Notes: a model not told the origin generated them from the sequence alone. Positions 9,555-19,770 are shown, counted from the first letter of the stretch. The stretch: 64,000 nucleotides of DNA from Candidatus Woesearchaeota archaeon (GCA_018302815.1 JAGVZE010000012.1:6010-70009), one strand, 5' to 3'. Numbers and translations: made by a program.

Positions 9555-10283
9555 GTGACTCTTGAAGGCCAGCTTCGGATGCTTGATTTCACTGATAACG
9601 AGATTAAGGTTTATCTCGTGCTGCTCAAGATAGGCACTGCTCAGGCAGGGCGCATAGCAAAGGAATGCGTGCTCGAACGCACGAGCACGTATAATGCGCT
9701 TAAGCGTCTGCAGGAAAAAGGGATGGTTTCAAGCGTCATAGAGGCGAATACTCAAGTGTTCGCGGCAGCTTCCCCTGAGAAGATTCTGGATGTGTTTAAA
9801 GAGAAAGAAGAGCGCGCGAAACTTCTGATTCCCCAGCTTGAACAGTTGAAAACTGCAAAGACGGAGAAAGAGACCATCCTTAAATTCAGAGGGTATGCGG
9901 GAGTTAAAACTGTCTTGAATGATATTCTAAAAACGTGCAAGTCGGGAGATGAATACCTGATTCTCGGTCCAGAGCGCCAGCTTTCTGAGAGGATGCCCAC
10001 GTTCGCTAGGATTTTTGTTGCGCAAAAAGACAAAAAGCGCATAAGAGCAAGAATCATCCTTAGGCAGATAGCAGGCAATAATGTCATGAGCAAATACACT
10101 GAAGCTAGATATGTTCCGCAGGAAGTTTTCTCGCCTACTGTCACAAGCATTTATGGCGATAAAATAGCTCTAATAGTGTGGTCTGAGACCCCTGAGGCAA
10201 TAATAATAGACAATGCCGACACTGCTAAGACGTATCGCACGTATTTTGAATTTATCTGGAAGCACGCGAAAAAAAGCCTATAA
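9555..10283 (+). CDS. TrmB-family transcriptional regulator
   Basis: N-terminal wHTH typical of TrmB (LDFTDNEIKVYLVLLKIGTAQAGRIAKECVLERTSTYNALKRLQEKGMV). An alternative ATG start is at 9579. Confidence 0.75.
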   Translation: MTLEGQLRMLDFTDNEIKVYLVLLKIGTAQAGRIAKECVLERTSTYNALKRLQEKGMVSSVIEANTQVFAAASPEKILDVFKEKEERAKLLIPQLEQLKTAKTEKETILKFRGYAGVKTVLNDILKTCKSGDEYLILGPERQLSERMPTFARIFVAQKDKKRIRARIILRQIAGNNVMSKYTEARYVPQEVFSPTVTSIYGDKIALIVWSETPEAIIIDNADTAKTYRTYFEFIWKHAKKSL

Positions 10284-10544
10284 TCCGAATGCTTCTGTGA
10301 ACTCTTTCATTTGCTTGAACTTTTGCAGGAATCGTCTTCCTTCATCTGTTAATTCGTAGAACATCTTGTCTTTGAACGTGGTCTCAGCTATCATGCTTTT
10401 GCCCTTGAGTTCGTCAAGGTAGAGTTTCATTCTTTGGTGAGACAGGTTTGACTTATAGAGAAGATGCGTAGGAAGTATCTTGCCCCCTTTATCCTCTATT
10501 GCCTTGAGCATGTCGTAGATGATATCTATTTTGGTTCGTTTCAT
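10278..10544 (-). CDS. Small winged-helix DNA-binding protein (DUF4364/HTH_45-like)
   Basis: 88 aa. IIYDMLKAIEDKGG..ILPTHLLYKSNLSHQRMKLYLDELKGKSMI matches the small archaeal wHTH pattern. Confidence 0.55.
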   Translation of the reverse strand: MKRTKIDIIYDMLKAIEDKGGKILPTHLLYKSNLSHQRMKLYLDELKGKSMIAETTFKDKMFYELTDEGRRFLQKFKQMKEFTEAFGL

Positions 10545-10550
10545 GAGTCA

Positions 10551-11231
10551 TCATTTCTTGTGTGATTTCCGGTTCGCGCGCGGCACGATAAGCACTCTTG
10601 CAAGGGCGATTAACATTGTGAGGAACGCAGCCGCTTGTGTTATATTGCCGGCGATGTACCAGATGTCGCCCATTCTTTGCATCAAAAATTGCGCTTGTGA
10701 AAGCGTGAGAAGGGCGAACGCGAGGAATACAAGGCAGCTGCTGGCAGAGCAGACGTTCCTGAAGTTTTGAAAATAAGCGAATGTGACAAACCCGAGAAGT
10801 ATGATGCTGATCGTATAGAAGCTTATGAAATAGCTTCCGCTCAAAAGTAGCGCTGGCAAGAGCAGGGCGAATATCAGCGCGATAACTCTCTTGTCTTCTA
10901 TTTTATGAGTTATAACGAGGAGTATTGTGTACGCGGCTAGCGCAAGGAAGATGTGTCCTACATAGCCTGCGAAAAATATGGTTGTCTGCATTTTTTCGGC
11001 GAGCGGGACAAGCGTTCCTGATAAGATGCAGTCAGTAATTGATTTGACAAGAAAACTCAAGGAGAGCAAAATAAAACTTAATGAAAAAGATAGGTATTTG
11101 CGTTCGTTGGTCACACGGTATATCCTTGCCGCAAGAAAAGCTACAATGAATATGATGAGCGCGGCGAATGCCTCTATTGCTCCAGCAACGCCAAGAAACC
11201 ATTGTGGACCGTTGAGATAAACGCTTATCAT
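10551..11231 (-). CDS. Polytopic membrane protein (about seven TM helices)
   Basis: Hydrophobic helices throughout and a basic C-terminal tail (RANRKSHKK). Confidence 0.55.
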   Translation of the reverse strand: MISVYLNGPQWFLGVAGAIEAFAALIIFIVAFLAARIYRVTNERKYLSFSLSFILLSLSFLVKSITDCILSGTLVPLAEKMQTTIFFAGYVGHIFLALAAYTILLVITHKIEDKRVIALIFALLLPALLLSGSYFISFYTISIILLGFVTFAYFQNFRNVCSASSCLVFLAFALLTLSQAQFLMQRMGDIWYIAGNITQAAAFLTMLIALARVLIVPRANRKSHKK

Positions 11232-11334
11232 ACAGGATATTTCGTGACCTCTGCTTTTAAGCTTTGTGGACGTGTGTTCTGAAGCAGCCCTTCATAATTG
11301 ATATTAAAAGGAGTGTCTGAATGGAATGTATCAG

Positions 11335-11375
11335 GAGCGGCCGGGTTTAATCACCTCCCGTTTTTCCGGCCGCTC
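11335..11375 (+). promoter_or_regulatory. 10-bp GC-rich hairpin whose loop carries ATCACCTCC (anti-Shine-Dalgarno-like), upstream of a small ORF
   Basis: GAGCGGCCGG (11335-11344) pairs with CCGGCCGCTC (11366-11375). The loop contains ATCACCTCC at 11350-11358. An RBS GGAGG lies at 11394-11398. Confidence 0.6.
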
Positions 11376-11405
11376 ATCTGATTGTTTGGTGGCGGAGGAA
11401 AGAAT

Positions 11406-11528
11406 ATGAAATACAACGACAGCAAGGAAGATTTGCTCGCGATTCAAAGTCTGCTGGATGCGGGCCAGATTACCGAAGAGGAAGCAAAAGAGATGCGTGA
11501 TTATTTCCGCGCTCTTGCGGCTTCCTGA
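11406..11528 (+). CDS. Small protein (40 aa), SHOCT-like motif
   Basis: ATG lies 7 nt after GGAGG. The peptide is MKYNDSKEDLLAIQSLLDAGQITEEEAKEMRDYFRALAAS, and LLDAGQITEEEA resembles the SHOCT motif. A T-rich tract follows. Below the ORF-track size cut-off. Confidence 0.4.
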   Translation: MKYNDSKEDLLAIQSLLDAGQITEEEAKEMRDYFRALAAS

Positions 11529-11556
11529 TTTTTTTATCTTTTTTATTGTTTTTTCT
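11529..11556 (+). terminator. Oligo-T tract (archaeal-type terminator candidate)
   Basis: TTTTTTTATCTTTTTTATTGTTTTTT follows the small ORF stop immediately and overlaps the stop of the convergent M16 gene. Confidence 0.45.
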
Positions 11557-12754
11557 CAGGCAGGGAGATGCCGATTATGCTTTTTTGGGCGGCAAGCGCA
11601 CAAGCTGCTAGACGTACATCTGCTTGCTGAATTGTGGAATATGTTTCAACCTTGTCGTTCAATTTAAGTCCGTACATCGCCTCATCCATGATATCAGATA
11701 TTCCGAATGAATGTTGCTCGCCTAGCAAAGCTATTCTAAGGCCTTTGCGGTGTGATTCAAGGAACGGTTCAGGAATGCCTTTTGCCGCGATATCATCTAA
11801 GACCGATTCGTATGCTTTGATTAGTTCACCCGTTCTGTCAAGATGTGATGTTGTTGCTTGAAAGTCCACGAACGTCAATGGGCCTAATTCGTTAAGATTC
11901 ATGCTAAATCCATAACAAAGCCTTCTTTTGTTGCGAAGCTCTTCGTGCAAAGGACCTCTGTGATTGCGAAGATACGCGCATAACGCTCGGTATCCTGCTT
12001 CCTCTCGGTATGTTCCGGTATGAGGATAATTTGGAGCGTGCTTTAAGACTACGATGGATGCAGCGTTCACTTTCTGTATGTATTCAGTATGTACGAGTCT
12101 CTCGTCAGAAATCGCCTGCGCTGGCCAAGTAACGTCGGCTGTGCGTACTCCGTCTGAACGTAGCGCTTCGAATGGTTCGATTATTGATTCAAGTTTTTCA
12201 GGTAATGTTCCTGCCAAGATAAGTATTGCGTTCGCTGGATTGTATGCCTCATTGAAGAAACGTTTGCAGTCATCGGCGGTGGTTCCCGGAATAGATGCGA
12301 TTCGGTCATCATATGAATCATACATCAAAGCTACTTTTGGAGCCGACAAGTGCTGCAGTGTTCTATAGAATCTGCTTTCAGGTGTGTCTTTTGGCGTGAG
12401 TTCCTGTATTACTGCCTGCTTTTCTCTTTCAAGCACTTCTGTATTGCAGGTTGCCAGCACGTTGGAAAGAGCTCGTGCGCATTCATCGAAATCTTCAGGG
12501 ACAAGACCGTTATAATAATACATGCTCTTGTCAAAAGCTGTTGTCGCATTCGATTCGCAGTAAGAAATGTGCAAAGGCCCATCAGAGATTCCTGCAGGCG
12601 TAGCTTGAAGATGCTCAAGTATGTGCGCAAGTTCAGGTTTATGTCCATGATACAGTCCTGCGCGTATGTATAACTGCGCTGCGGATTTCCCAAGGTCTCT
12701 TCTGCAGGTAAGCACTCTTAGCCCATTTGAGAGCGTTATATCGTCGGATATCAT
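11543..12754 (-). CDS. M16 (pitrilysin/insulinase) family zinc peptidase-like protein
   Basis: Inverted zinc motif HxxEH (ELAHILEHLQ) near the N-terminus. The ~400-aa size fits two M16 half-domains. Confidence 0.7.
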   Translation of the reverse strand: MISDDITLSNGLRVLTCRRDLGKSAAQLYIRAGLYHGHKPELAHILEHLQATPAGISDGPLHISYCESNATTAFDKSMYYYNGLVPEDFDECARALSNVLATCNTEVLEREKQAVIQELTPKDTPESRFYRTLQHLSAPKVALMYDSYDDRIASIPGTTADDCKRFFNEAYNPANAILILAGTLPEKLESIIEPFEALRSDGVRTADVTWPAQAISDERLVHTEYIQKVNAASIVVLKHAPNYPHTGTYREEAGYRALCAYLRNHRGPLHEELRNKRRLCYGFSMNLNELGPLTFVDFQATTSHLDRTGELIKAYESVLDDIAAKGIPEPFLESHRKGLRIALLGEQHSFGISDIMDEAMYGLKLNDKVETYSTIQQADVRLAACALAAQKSIIGISLPEKKQ

Positions 12755-12853
12755 AAGAAAATCGCCAAAGGGGCAGTATTTAAAGGTTTGCAGAGTTTAG
12801 TCGGAAGCTTTTTAAATAAATCCTGTGCTTTTGAACATTGGGGGCTTGATAAT

Positions 12854-13420
12854 ATGACTGAATCAAAGAAGTTACCGAGTGTTCAAGAAATGTTTTGGTT
12901 GCAGAGCCTGCGATCTATGCAAGGTGAGTTATCTGACAAAGTATCACACGAGATTGTGTCCGCGCTTTTGACAAGAGGAGTTCAAAGGACAAATGAATAT
13001 CTTGGATTTTCTGACCAGCAGATAAACGATTCAGGAATGACAAGAGATAAAGCAGACATAGGAACACCAAATGGTTATGAGCTTTATGCTGTTTTATTAA
13101 ATCAAGACGTATCCCGTCAAGTTTTTGAGGCAGTAATCGGCTACACTGATCATCTTGGCTGCAGTCTTGTCAGGAATGGTTTGACTACTATGCCGCTTCC
13201 TCTTGATAGCGAGATTAATTATGAAACGATTTCAGAAAAGTACGGACCGTCTGTTCCGCTTATTCGTGATGTTGTCGCAAGGATGAACGTTCAAGCTTCA
13301 TTGCCGCTGATTGGACGGCTCGAGCAAGGAAAGATGGTTCCTGATGTCGAGACGCTGAGCAAGTGGAAGGATATGTTCGATTGGAATTCGAAAGCTACAG
13401 ATGATTGTGATCTAGAATAA
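12854..13420 (+). CDS. Hypothetical protein
   Basis: ORF 12788-13420, with the first ATG at 12854 (MTESKKL). No motif recognised. Confidence 0.4.
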   Translation: MTESKKLPSVQEMFWLQSLRSMQGELSDKVSHEIVSALLTRGVQRTNEYLGFSDQQINDSGMTRDKADIGTPNGYELYAVLLNQDVSRQVFEAVIGYTDHLGCSLVRNGLTTMPLPLDSEINYETISEKYGPSVPLIRDVVARMNVQASLPLIGRLEQGKMVPDVETLSKWKDMFDWNSKATDDCDLE

Positions 13421-14473
13421 ACCCAATATTTTCTTTTTTCCTTCTTTTTCAAACTCTTTTAGCAGTTCAGCTTGTTTTTTGCTGATTTTTTTTGGTACTT
13501 CTATTGTTATTCGTACGACAAGATCTCCTTTGTGGCGTGATCGAAGTTCAGCAAGGCCTTCGCCGTCAAGTCGTAATTCTTCGCCGTTTTGTGTGCCTGC
13601 TGGAATGTCGATTTTTTTCGTGCCGTTCAACGTCTCAACCTCAAGTTCTCCTCCGATGCACGCTGTTACAAAGCTGATTGTTTGTTCTGTTACAAGGTCT
13701 GAACCTTCGCGCGCGAACCGTTCATCGTTTTCAACGCTGACGATGACATAAAGGTCGCCGTTTGGCGCGCCGAGGCTTCCGGCTTCTCCTTCGCCGTCAA
13801 GGCGTAGTTTCATGCCGTCTTCAATGCCTGCTGGTATTTTGACTTTGAGTGGTTCGCGCGAGGCCATTCTTCCTTCCCCGTCGCATTCTTCGCAGGTTTT
13901 TTCAGGCCTTTCGCCGGCTCCTTTGCAGGTTCCGCACGTGGTTGTTGAGGCGAAGACACCGAAGGGTGTTCGTCTTGCTTGTCTTACCATTCCTTGTCCT
14001 TGGCAGGTGCTGCAAGTGGTGAAAGAGTGTCCTCCTTTTCCATCGCACGCGCTGCAGGTTGTAAAGCGTTGCAGTTTGAGTTCTCGTGTCGTTCCGTGCA
14101 AAACTTCATCAAGACTGATAGTAACTTCTGCGGCGAGGTCTCGTCCTGCTCTTCCGCGGTTTTGCTTGAATCCCATTCCTGAGAAGAACTGGTCGAATAT
14201 GTCGTCAAAGTTGAATCCTTGGGCGAAGTCTCTGTAATCGAATCCTGAGAAATTGCTGCCTTCTGCTGTTCCGAACTGGTCGTATTGTTTTCGCTTGTCA
14301 GGGTCTCCAAGGACCGCAGCGGCTTCGTTTATCTCCTTGAATTTGTCTGACGCGCTGGCTTCTTTGTTGAGGTCGGGATGGTATTGTTTCGCGAGTTTTT
14401 TGTACGCTTTTTTGATATCTTCTTGGCTGGAGCCCTTTTCTACGCCTAATATGGAGTAGTAATCTTTTGCCAT
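13412..14473 (-). CDS. dnaJ: Chaperone DnaJ (type I Hsp40)
   Basis: J-domain with HPD (KQYHPDLN), a G/F region, and four CxxCxGxG zinc repeats (CSACDGKG, CSTCQGQG, CGTCKGAG, CEECDGEG). Confidence 0.95.
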   Translation of the reverse strand: MAKDYYSILGVEKGSSQEDIKKAYKKLAKQYHPDLNKEASASDKFKEINEAAAVLGDPDKRKQYDQFGTAEGSNFSGFDYRDFAQGFNFDDIFDQFFSGMGFKQNRGRAGRDLAAEVTISLDEVLHGTTRELKLQRFTTCSACDGKGGHSFTTCSTCQGQGMVRQARRTPFGVFASTTTCGTCKGAGERPEKTCEECDGEGRMASREPLKVKIPAGIEDGMKLRLDGEGEAGSLGAPNGDLYVIVSVENDERFAREGSDLVTEQTISFVTACIGGELEVETLNGTKKIDIPAGTQNGEELRLDGEGLAELRSRHKGDLVVRITIEVPKKISKKQAELLKEFEKEGKKKILGLF

Positions 14474-14631
14474 TACTCGAACCTGCCTTTCACTTTATGC
14501 TCATCGCTGGCGATTATGTGGTCGAACTCGTCACTAACTAGTTTTGAGAACGCGAGCGTTCCTGCGACTCTTAGCCCTAAGTATAAGAAAAGCAGGGCGA
14601 ATCCGCCGTATACAAGATAGTTGTATTCCAT
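14473..14631 (-). CDS. Small single-pass membrane protein
   Basis: Start refined to MEYNYLVYGGFALLFLYLGLRVAG (one TM helix). Sits between the MOSC gene and dnaJ and abuts the dnaJ start. Confidence 0.4.
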   Translation of the reverse strand: MEYNYLVYGGFALLFLYLGLRVAGTLAFSKLVSDEFDHIIASDEHKVKGRFE

Positions 14632-14635
14632 AGTT

Positions 14636-15442
14636 TCACCTCTTATAATCAAGTATTTTAATTGAATCTCCAACCGCGATTGGCCCATTCAATTTGTGGA
14701 CTACGTTTTGTCCGAATTCGATTTTTCCATCTGCGTTGCGCCGATATTTAGTTAGTGTTGCTAGTGGTTCTTTTCCTAGCTGCGCGCTCGTCTGGTCAAC
14801 TAGTGTGATATTGCACCTAACGCAAGGTTTGACGAAGCTGAACTCGACATCGCCGATTCTCATGTTCAGGATGGAATCTTCAACATAAGGCTTGCTTCCT
14901 GAAATCACGATATTAGGTCTGAACCTATCCATTGGGATATCATAGCCAACTTGCAAGCTAAGGTCCGCGCGTGATTCTTCGGATATTACGAGCAAGGGAT
15001 ATGCGTCTGCGAATGCCACGTATCCTTGCTCTGGTTTGCCGCCCGCGTATCGAACGCATTCATCGCTGAATCGAACCAGCCGGTAATCGCCTCCAAGGTA
15101 ATTAGAGAACCATCGCGCGGCTTCCTCTCCTTGATCTACTCCTTTGCAGGGAATGTCGCGTACGAAAACATCCATTGTCTTGCCTTGTTTGCGTACAATG
15201 ACGTCCAATGGTGTCATTCCTGGCGCGTTGAACTCTATGTAGTTCCCAGAAAGAGCCGGCTTGACCAGTGCCATTTGCGGCTTCTTTCTTTGGGTCTCGA
15301 ATTTGCCTGATACCGCATCGACTACCATGAATTCGCGGTCGTGCTTGATTCCATTGCTGTCAAGCTCTGCTCTCATGAGCGGTGTTCCCGCGCATGATTT
15401 GACCGGATAATAGTTCAGTGCGCAAACGATCAGTTGGTTCAA
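14636..15442 (-). CDS. MOSC domain protein (YcbX/mARC-like)
   Basis: MOSC N-terminal beta-barrel signature ([11 protein letters not shown]) and a MOSC domain with conserved Cys ([15 protein letters not shown]). Overlaps the dnaK stop by 4 nt. Confidence 0.8.
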   Translation of the reverse strand: MNQLIVCALNYYPVKSCAGTPLMRAELDSNGIKHDREFMVVDAVSGKFETQRKKPQMALVKPALSGNYIEFNAPGMTPLDVIVRKQGKTMDVFVRDIPCKGVDQGEEAARWFSNYLGGDYRLVRFSDECVRYAGGKPEQGYVAFADAYPLLVISEESRADLSLQVGYDIPMDRFRPNIVISGSKPYVEDSILNMRIGDVEFSFVKPCVRCNITLVDQTSAQLGKEPLATLTKYRRNADGKIEFGQNVVHKLNGPIAVGDSIKILDYKR

Positions 15443-17253
15443 GCTTTCTCTCCTTTGATAGTTTCGTCTTTTGGAGCTCCTGGCGAAGCTGCGCCCGCTT
15501 TTTTGTAAAGTTCGGCCGCGGCTTCGTGCATCAATTTATTGATGTCATCGAGCTTGGCTTTTATCTTGCTGATGTCTCGCGTTGGCGCTCCGAGCATGGA
15601 CTTGAGTTCTTCAACATTATTCTTGATGGTCTTTATGCTGTTTTCAGGAACTTTGCCTTCGAACTCTTTGAGCTGTTTGTCCGCAGTGTAGACGAGCGAG
15701 TCTGCTTGGTTGATTGTTTCTATCTCGTCTTTGCGCTTGTTGTCCTGTTCGGCGAACTGTTCAGCTTCCTTTCTCATGCGTTCTACTTCGGCTGTGTCGA
15801 GCTTGTTTGGAGCCGTGATGCGCAGGCTCTGCTGTTTTGTCGTTCCGAGGTCTTTTGCCGTGACGCTTAGGATTCCGTTCGCGTCGATGTCGAATGTGAC
15901 TTCGATTTGAGGAACTCCTCTTGGCGCGGGCGGTATGCCTACAAGGTCGAACTGTCCGAGCGCTTTGTTGTCTGCGAACATCGGTCGCTCTCCTTGCGCG
16001 ATTCTAATGGTGACTGCTGGCTGGTCGTCTGCCGCAGTGCTGAATGTCTGGCTTTTCTTTGATGGGATTGTCGTGTTTCTCTCGATGAGTTTTGTGAAGA
16101 CTCCTCCGAGAGTTTCTATTCCAAGCGAGAGTGGTGTCACATCAAGCAAAAGGATGTCTTTGACTTCTCCTGATAAGACTCCTCCTTGTACTGAAGCTCC
16201 CATTGCGACACATTCCATTGGGTCGATGCTTCTTTCGACTTTGTTGCCGAACCAGCTTTCAACATATTTCTGCACGATTGGCATTCGGGTCGGACCTCCG
16301 ACGAGAACGACTTTCGATAGTTCTTTTGTTGAGAGTTTGGCGTCATTGAGTGATTGGTCGACGCTCTTTTGGCATCGTTTCACGATTGGATCGACGAGTT
16401 CTTCAAGTTTGGCTCTTGTAAGCTTCATCTGAATGTGCTTTGGCCCTGCGTTGGTTGCGCTGATGAATGGCAGGTTTATTTCTGTCTCCATCGTTGTGGA
16501 AAGCTCTATTTTCGCTTTCTCTGCGGCTTCACGCACTCGCTGCATTGCGACCGCGTCTTGGTTGAGGTCGATTCCTTGCTCTGATTTGAATTGGTTTACT
16601 ATAAAGTTGATGAGCGAGTTGTCCATGTCTGTTCCGCCAAGCTGGGTGTCTCCGCTGGTGGATAGGACTTCAAAGACGCCATCACCGAATTCCATAATTG
16701 TTACATCGAGGGTTCCGCCGCCTAGGTCGAAGACGAGGATTTTTTGGTCTGCTCCGACTTTGTCTAGGCCGTATGCGAGCGCTGCTGCTGTCGGTTCGTT
16801 TATGATTCGAACGACTTCAAGGCCTGCGATTGTTCCTGCGTCTTTGGTCGCCTGTCGTTGGTTGTCGTCGAAATAGGCAGGCACTGTGATGACTGCTTTC
16901 TTGACTGGTTCGCCAAGGAATGATTCCGCGTCGCGCTTTATCTTCTGTAAGATGAAAGCTGAGATTTGCTGCGGCGTGTATTCCTTGCCGTAGATTGAGT
17001 ATTTGAAGTTGGTTCCCATCTTTCGCTTGGCCGCATAGACGGTTCCGTGCGGGTTGCTGACCGCTTGTCTTCGCGCTGGTTCTCCTACAAGGACGTTTCC
17101 GTCTTTGGTGAATGCTACGAAGCTTGGGAAAGCTTTGCCGTAAAGCGAGGCGCCTTCGGCTGATGGGACGATTTTTGGTCGTCCTGCTTCCAATACTGAT
17201 GCTGCGCTGTTGCTCGTTCCAAGGTCGATTCCGATTATTTTTTCTTTTGCCAT
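15439..17253 (-). CDS. dnaK: Chaperone DnaK (Hsp70)
   Basis: [19 protein letters not shown] and [10 protein letters not shown] signatures across a full-length 604 aa. Confidence 0.97.
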   Translation of the reverse strand: MAKEKIIGIDLGTSNSAASVLEAGRPKIVPSAEGASLYGKAFPSFVAFTKDGNVLVGEPARRQAVSNPHGTVYAAKRKMGTNFKYSIYGKEYTPQQISAFILQKIKRDAESFLGEPVKKAVITVPAYFDDNQRQATKDAGTIAGLEVVRIINEPTAAALAYGLDKVGADQKILVFDLGGGTLDVTIMEFGDGVFEVLSTSGDTQLGGTDMDNSLINFIVNQFKSEQGIDLNQDAVAMQRVREAAEKAKIELSTTMETEINLPFISATNAGPKHIQMKLTRAKLEELVDPIVKRCQKSVDQSLNDAKLSTKELSKVVLVGGPTRMPIVQKYVESWFGNKVERSIDPMECVAMGASVQGGVLSGEVKDILLLDVTPLSLGIETLGGVFTKLIERNTTIPSKKSQTFSTAADDQPAVTIRIAQGERPMFADNKALGQFDLVGIPPAPRGVPQIEVTFDIDANGILSVTAKDLGTTKQQSLRITAPNKLDTAEVERMRKEAEQFAEQDNKRKDEIETINQADSLVYTADKQLKEFEGKVPENSIKTIKNNVEELKSMLGAPTRDISKIKAKLDDINKLMHEAAAELYKKAGAASPGAPKDETIKGEKA

Positions 17254-17269
17254 AGTATTAATTCCTCCG

Positions 17270-17827
17270 TCAGTTTGAGTTGTCTTCTGTTTTTATATTG
17301 CCAATCTTTGGCTTTGAAACTTTGACTTTGCTGTATCGTATGACTTTTCCGTTCATCATGTAGCCTTTTTGCAGTTCTTCTATTATAGTGTCTTCGGGCT
17401 TCTCGCTTTCTGTTTGAAGCAGAACTTCGTGTTTGTATGGATCGAGTTTCTGTCCGACTGCAGGTATTGCTTCGACGTGCTCTTCATCTAGGACTTTGTG
17501 CAGGTTTTTTGATATCATTTCTATGCCTTTTTTGGTCTCGGCAGGAAGGTTCTTCATCTGCGCGAGCGCGCGATCGAAGTCATCTATGATCAGGAGCAGC
17601 TTTACTATTAGCTTCTCCGATGCGTAATTCATATAGTCTTTGCGTTCTTTTTCGGATCGCTTGCAGTAATTCTCGAACTCTGCTTGCAGTCGTTTGAGGT
17701 GTTCAGTATAATCTTGTAGTTGGATTTCTTTCTTGGCAAGTTCTGTTTTGAACTGCTCAAGTTCGCTTGGCGCGGCAGCTGGCGCCGTTGATTGCTTCGC
17801 CGGTTCTTTGGCTGGTTGTTTGCTCAT
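17270..17827 (-). CDS. grpE: Nucleotide exchange factor GrpE
   Basis: Long N-terminal helix ([15 protein letters not shown]), C-terminal beta domain ([16 protein letters not shown]), and a position immediately upstream of dnaK. Confidence 0.9.
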   Translation of the reverse strand: MSKQPAKEPAKQSTAPAAAPSELEQFKTELAKKEIQLQDYTEHLKRLQAEFENYCKRSEKERKDYMNYASEKLIVKLLLIIDDFDRALAQMKNLPAETKKGIEMISKNLHKVLDEEHVEAIPAVGQKLDPYKHEVLLQTESEKPEDTIIEELQKGYMMNGKVIRYSKVKVSKPKIGNIKTEDNSN

Positions 17828-17961
17828 GTTTTTCCACCCTTCTGGTTGACTTTACATCAACTAAGATGGTCTAAAACTGAACTAGTATTTAAAGCTATCT
17901 CGAAATGGCAATAGATTTAAATAGTTTGACCATATCCATTATTGCATCACGAGGTGAACAA

Positions 17962-18318
17962 ATGACCGATCAAGTGAACCTGAATATCCATGAAGGCGAC
18001 CCGTTTTTCGCGCACGAAGTTACGATAAACTTTACTCCAACCCAACTAACTCTTGATTTTAAATGCATAACTCCAAGGAGCGATCCGCGCAGCAAAAAGC
18101 CGAACTTCCAACTAAAGCACAACGTTGTTATGATGGAGCCTTGGCACGCAAAGTCGCTTATTGACATTCTTCAGAACGTCGTTCAGAAATATGAAGGCGA
18201 GTTCGGCAAAGTTTCAAAGCCTAAATCGCTTGTGAAAGCCGAGAAAAAGCAAAAAGAGTTCGTTCAATCGCAGGGCAAGAAAGAGATAGACGTTCCAAAG
18301 CCCAACTATATGGGTTAA
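17962..18318 (+). CDS. DUF3467-like protein
   Basis: Start refined to the ATG after GAGGTG. FAHEVTINFTPTQLTLDFK...VVMMEPWHAKSLIDIL resembles DUF3467. Confidence 0.5.
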   Translation: MTDQVNLNIHEGDPFFAHEVTINFTPTQLTLDFKCITPRSDPRSKKPNFQLKHNVVMMEPWHAKSLIDILQNVVQKYEGEFGKVSKPKSLVKAEKKQKEFVQSQGKKEIDVPKPNYMG

Positions 18319-18322
18319 CCGT

Positions 18323-18724
18323 ATGTTTATTCGCAAAATTACAATAGTGAACGTGCGCCGGCCAAATAGCCCATCTGTCAACGATGAGCTTCAATGGTTC
18401 GGGACAGCTCTTGGCCTTTTTGGCGAGCGCGATCGGGATAAGTCTTGTTTTCGTATTTTCATAGAATTGATGAAAGCCATAAAATTGTCAGGCGGCCTTA
18501 CGAGCGATGAGCTTGCGGATAGGCTCGCTTTGACTCGCGCGACAGTCATCCACCATCTGAACACGTTGATGGAGCGCGGCATCGTCGTGCATGAAGGCAA
18601 CAAGTATGTTATGCGTGACGAAAAGCTCACTCTTCTTGTTGACGACATCCAGCGGGACATGCAACGGGCGATGGAAGAGATGAAAAGAGCGGCGGAAGAA
18701 CTGGATAGGATTCTTGACTTATAG
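18323..18724 (+). CDS. Winged-helix transcriptional regulator (ArsR/MarR-like)
   Basis: SDELADRLALTRATVIHHLNTLMERGIVVHEGNKY forms an HTH plus wing. Follows the DUF3467-like gene by 4 nt. Confidence 0.6.
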   Translation: MFIRKITIVNVRRPNSPSVNDELQWFGTALGLFGERDRDKSCFRIFIELMKAIKLSGGLTSDELADRLALTRATVIHHLNTLMERGIVVHEGNKYVMRDEKLTLLVDDIQRDMQRAMEEMKRAAEELDRILDL

Positions 18725-19288
18725 ACTGCCTAGCGCGCTAAAACAAATATAGCCCCAGCCGGCTGCAAGCACGGAAAGACCAGCCATTGAAAAACTCGCA
18801 CCTGGCAGTTTATCCAGTGCTCTGTCATCCAATGTTAAAACGCCCGCTAAAAGAGCACCAATTAAGCCGGATCCCCAGATGGCGGCCAATACCGAAAAGC
18901 TCATACCAGAATAGATATTGTGATCACAACAATAGTCAAAAAATTGTTTCTCGCATTGACTAGCCGCGATATCACCCCTGTATCCTCCGTAACTAAACCC
19001 GGTGATTGCAGGTCCAAATGCAGACAGTGCAGCTATCCCCAATCTCACGCCCGAATAGTCTGCTGAAACAACATCAAGTGGAACGTTCATTCCCTGGGAG
19101 TCTACTTCAACTATTTTCTCAAGCGATCCTGCCTTAACAACGGTCTCTTGTTTTGCTTCTTTCACACAGTCCGGATGGTACGTCAGTTTTTCTTCACCTA
19201 CAAGCTGTATTAAATTTCCGACTGGCTCTTTGCAGTATACGCAGTTCATCTTGTCCAATCGAGAGCCGGCGAAATTGATTCGTTCCAT
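18719..19288 (-). CDS. Membrane protein with N-terminal CxxC...HxxC zinc-ribbon-like domain (paralog A)
   Basis: Start refined to MERINF. The first 44 aa are 84% identical to the gene at 20504-21004. The C-terminal part is Gly-rich TM helices. Confidence 0.55.
   Translation of the reverse strand: MERINFAGSRLDKMNCVYCKEPVGNLIQLVGEEKLTYHPDCVKEAKQETVVKAGSLEKIVEVDSQGMNVPLDVVSADYSGVRLGIAALSAFGPAITGFSYGGYRGDIAASQCEKQFFDYCCDHNIYSGMSFSVLAAIWGSGLIGALLAGVLTLDDRALDKLPGASFSMAGLSVLAAGWGYICFSALGSL
19157..19288 (-). repeat. Copy A of a ~130-nt repeat encoding the shared N-terminal zinc-ribbon-like domain
   Basis: Aligns by eye with 20873-21004, with long identical runs such as ACGTCAGTTTTTCTTC and CCTACAAGCTG. 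Confidence 0.8.
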
Positions 19289-19400
19289 ATAAGTTATCGT
19301 CAGAAAGCTATTTTTAAATGTTTCGTGGAAAGAGCGCCGATTGGTTGAATCATTCTTCACAAGAGAAAAACTTATTAAGCGAATGGGAATATTCACGAGC

Positions 19401-19742
19401 ATGGCGAAGTTTCCTGCTAGATTGGATGAATTAAAAGCTCAAGCTGAAGCAACATTAGATACATTATGCGAGTCAAAAGGCAATAATACTATTCTCTATG
19501 AGGGCAGAGTGCTCGTTGTTCCTAAACCAAAAGAAATTACGAATGTTGCTAAATATCTTGCAAGTAAGGGATATGAGAGTCTGCAAGAGACCGGGCATAT
19601 TGATAGTTCAAAATTTCAGTTTCTTCCTATAGAAAAAATCAAGACAGGTCACTACAAGCACCTTCGAACCGATCAAGCAGTCTATGCAGTCATCACATTG
19701 AACGGTTTGCCCTGGGATTTCTTTGGTCCGACGTGTGTTTAG
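19401..19742 (+). CDS. Hypothetical protein
   Basis: 113 aa from the ATG at 19401 (MAKFPARLDEL). No motif recognised. Confidence 0.4.
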   Translation: MAKFPARLDELKAQAEATLDTLCESKGNNTILYEGRVLVVPKPKEITNVAKYLASKGYESLQETGHIDSSKFQFLPIEKIKTGHYKHLRTDQAVYAVITLNGLPWDFFGPTCV

Positions 19743-19770
19743 ATTTGTGCGAAAAAAACAGAATTCAAAC

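Noticed and set aside
15418-16876. Several + strand ORFs (15418-15870, 15935-16432, 16433-16876)
   Set aside because: They are antisense to dnaK, whose identity is unambiguous.
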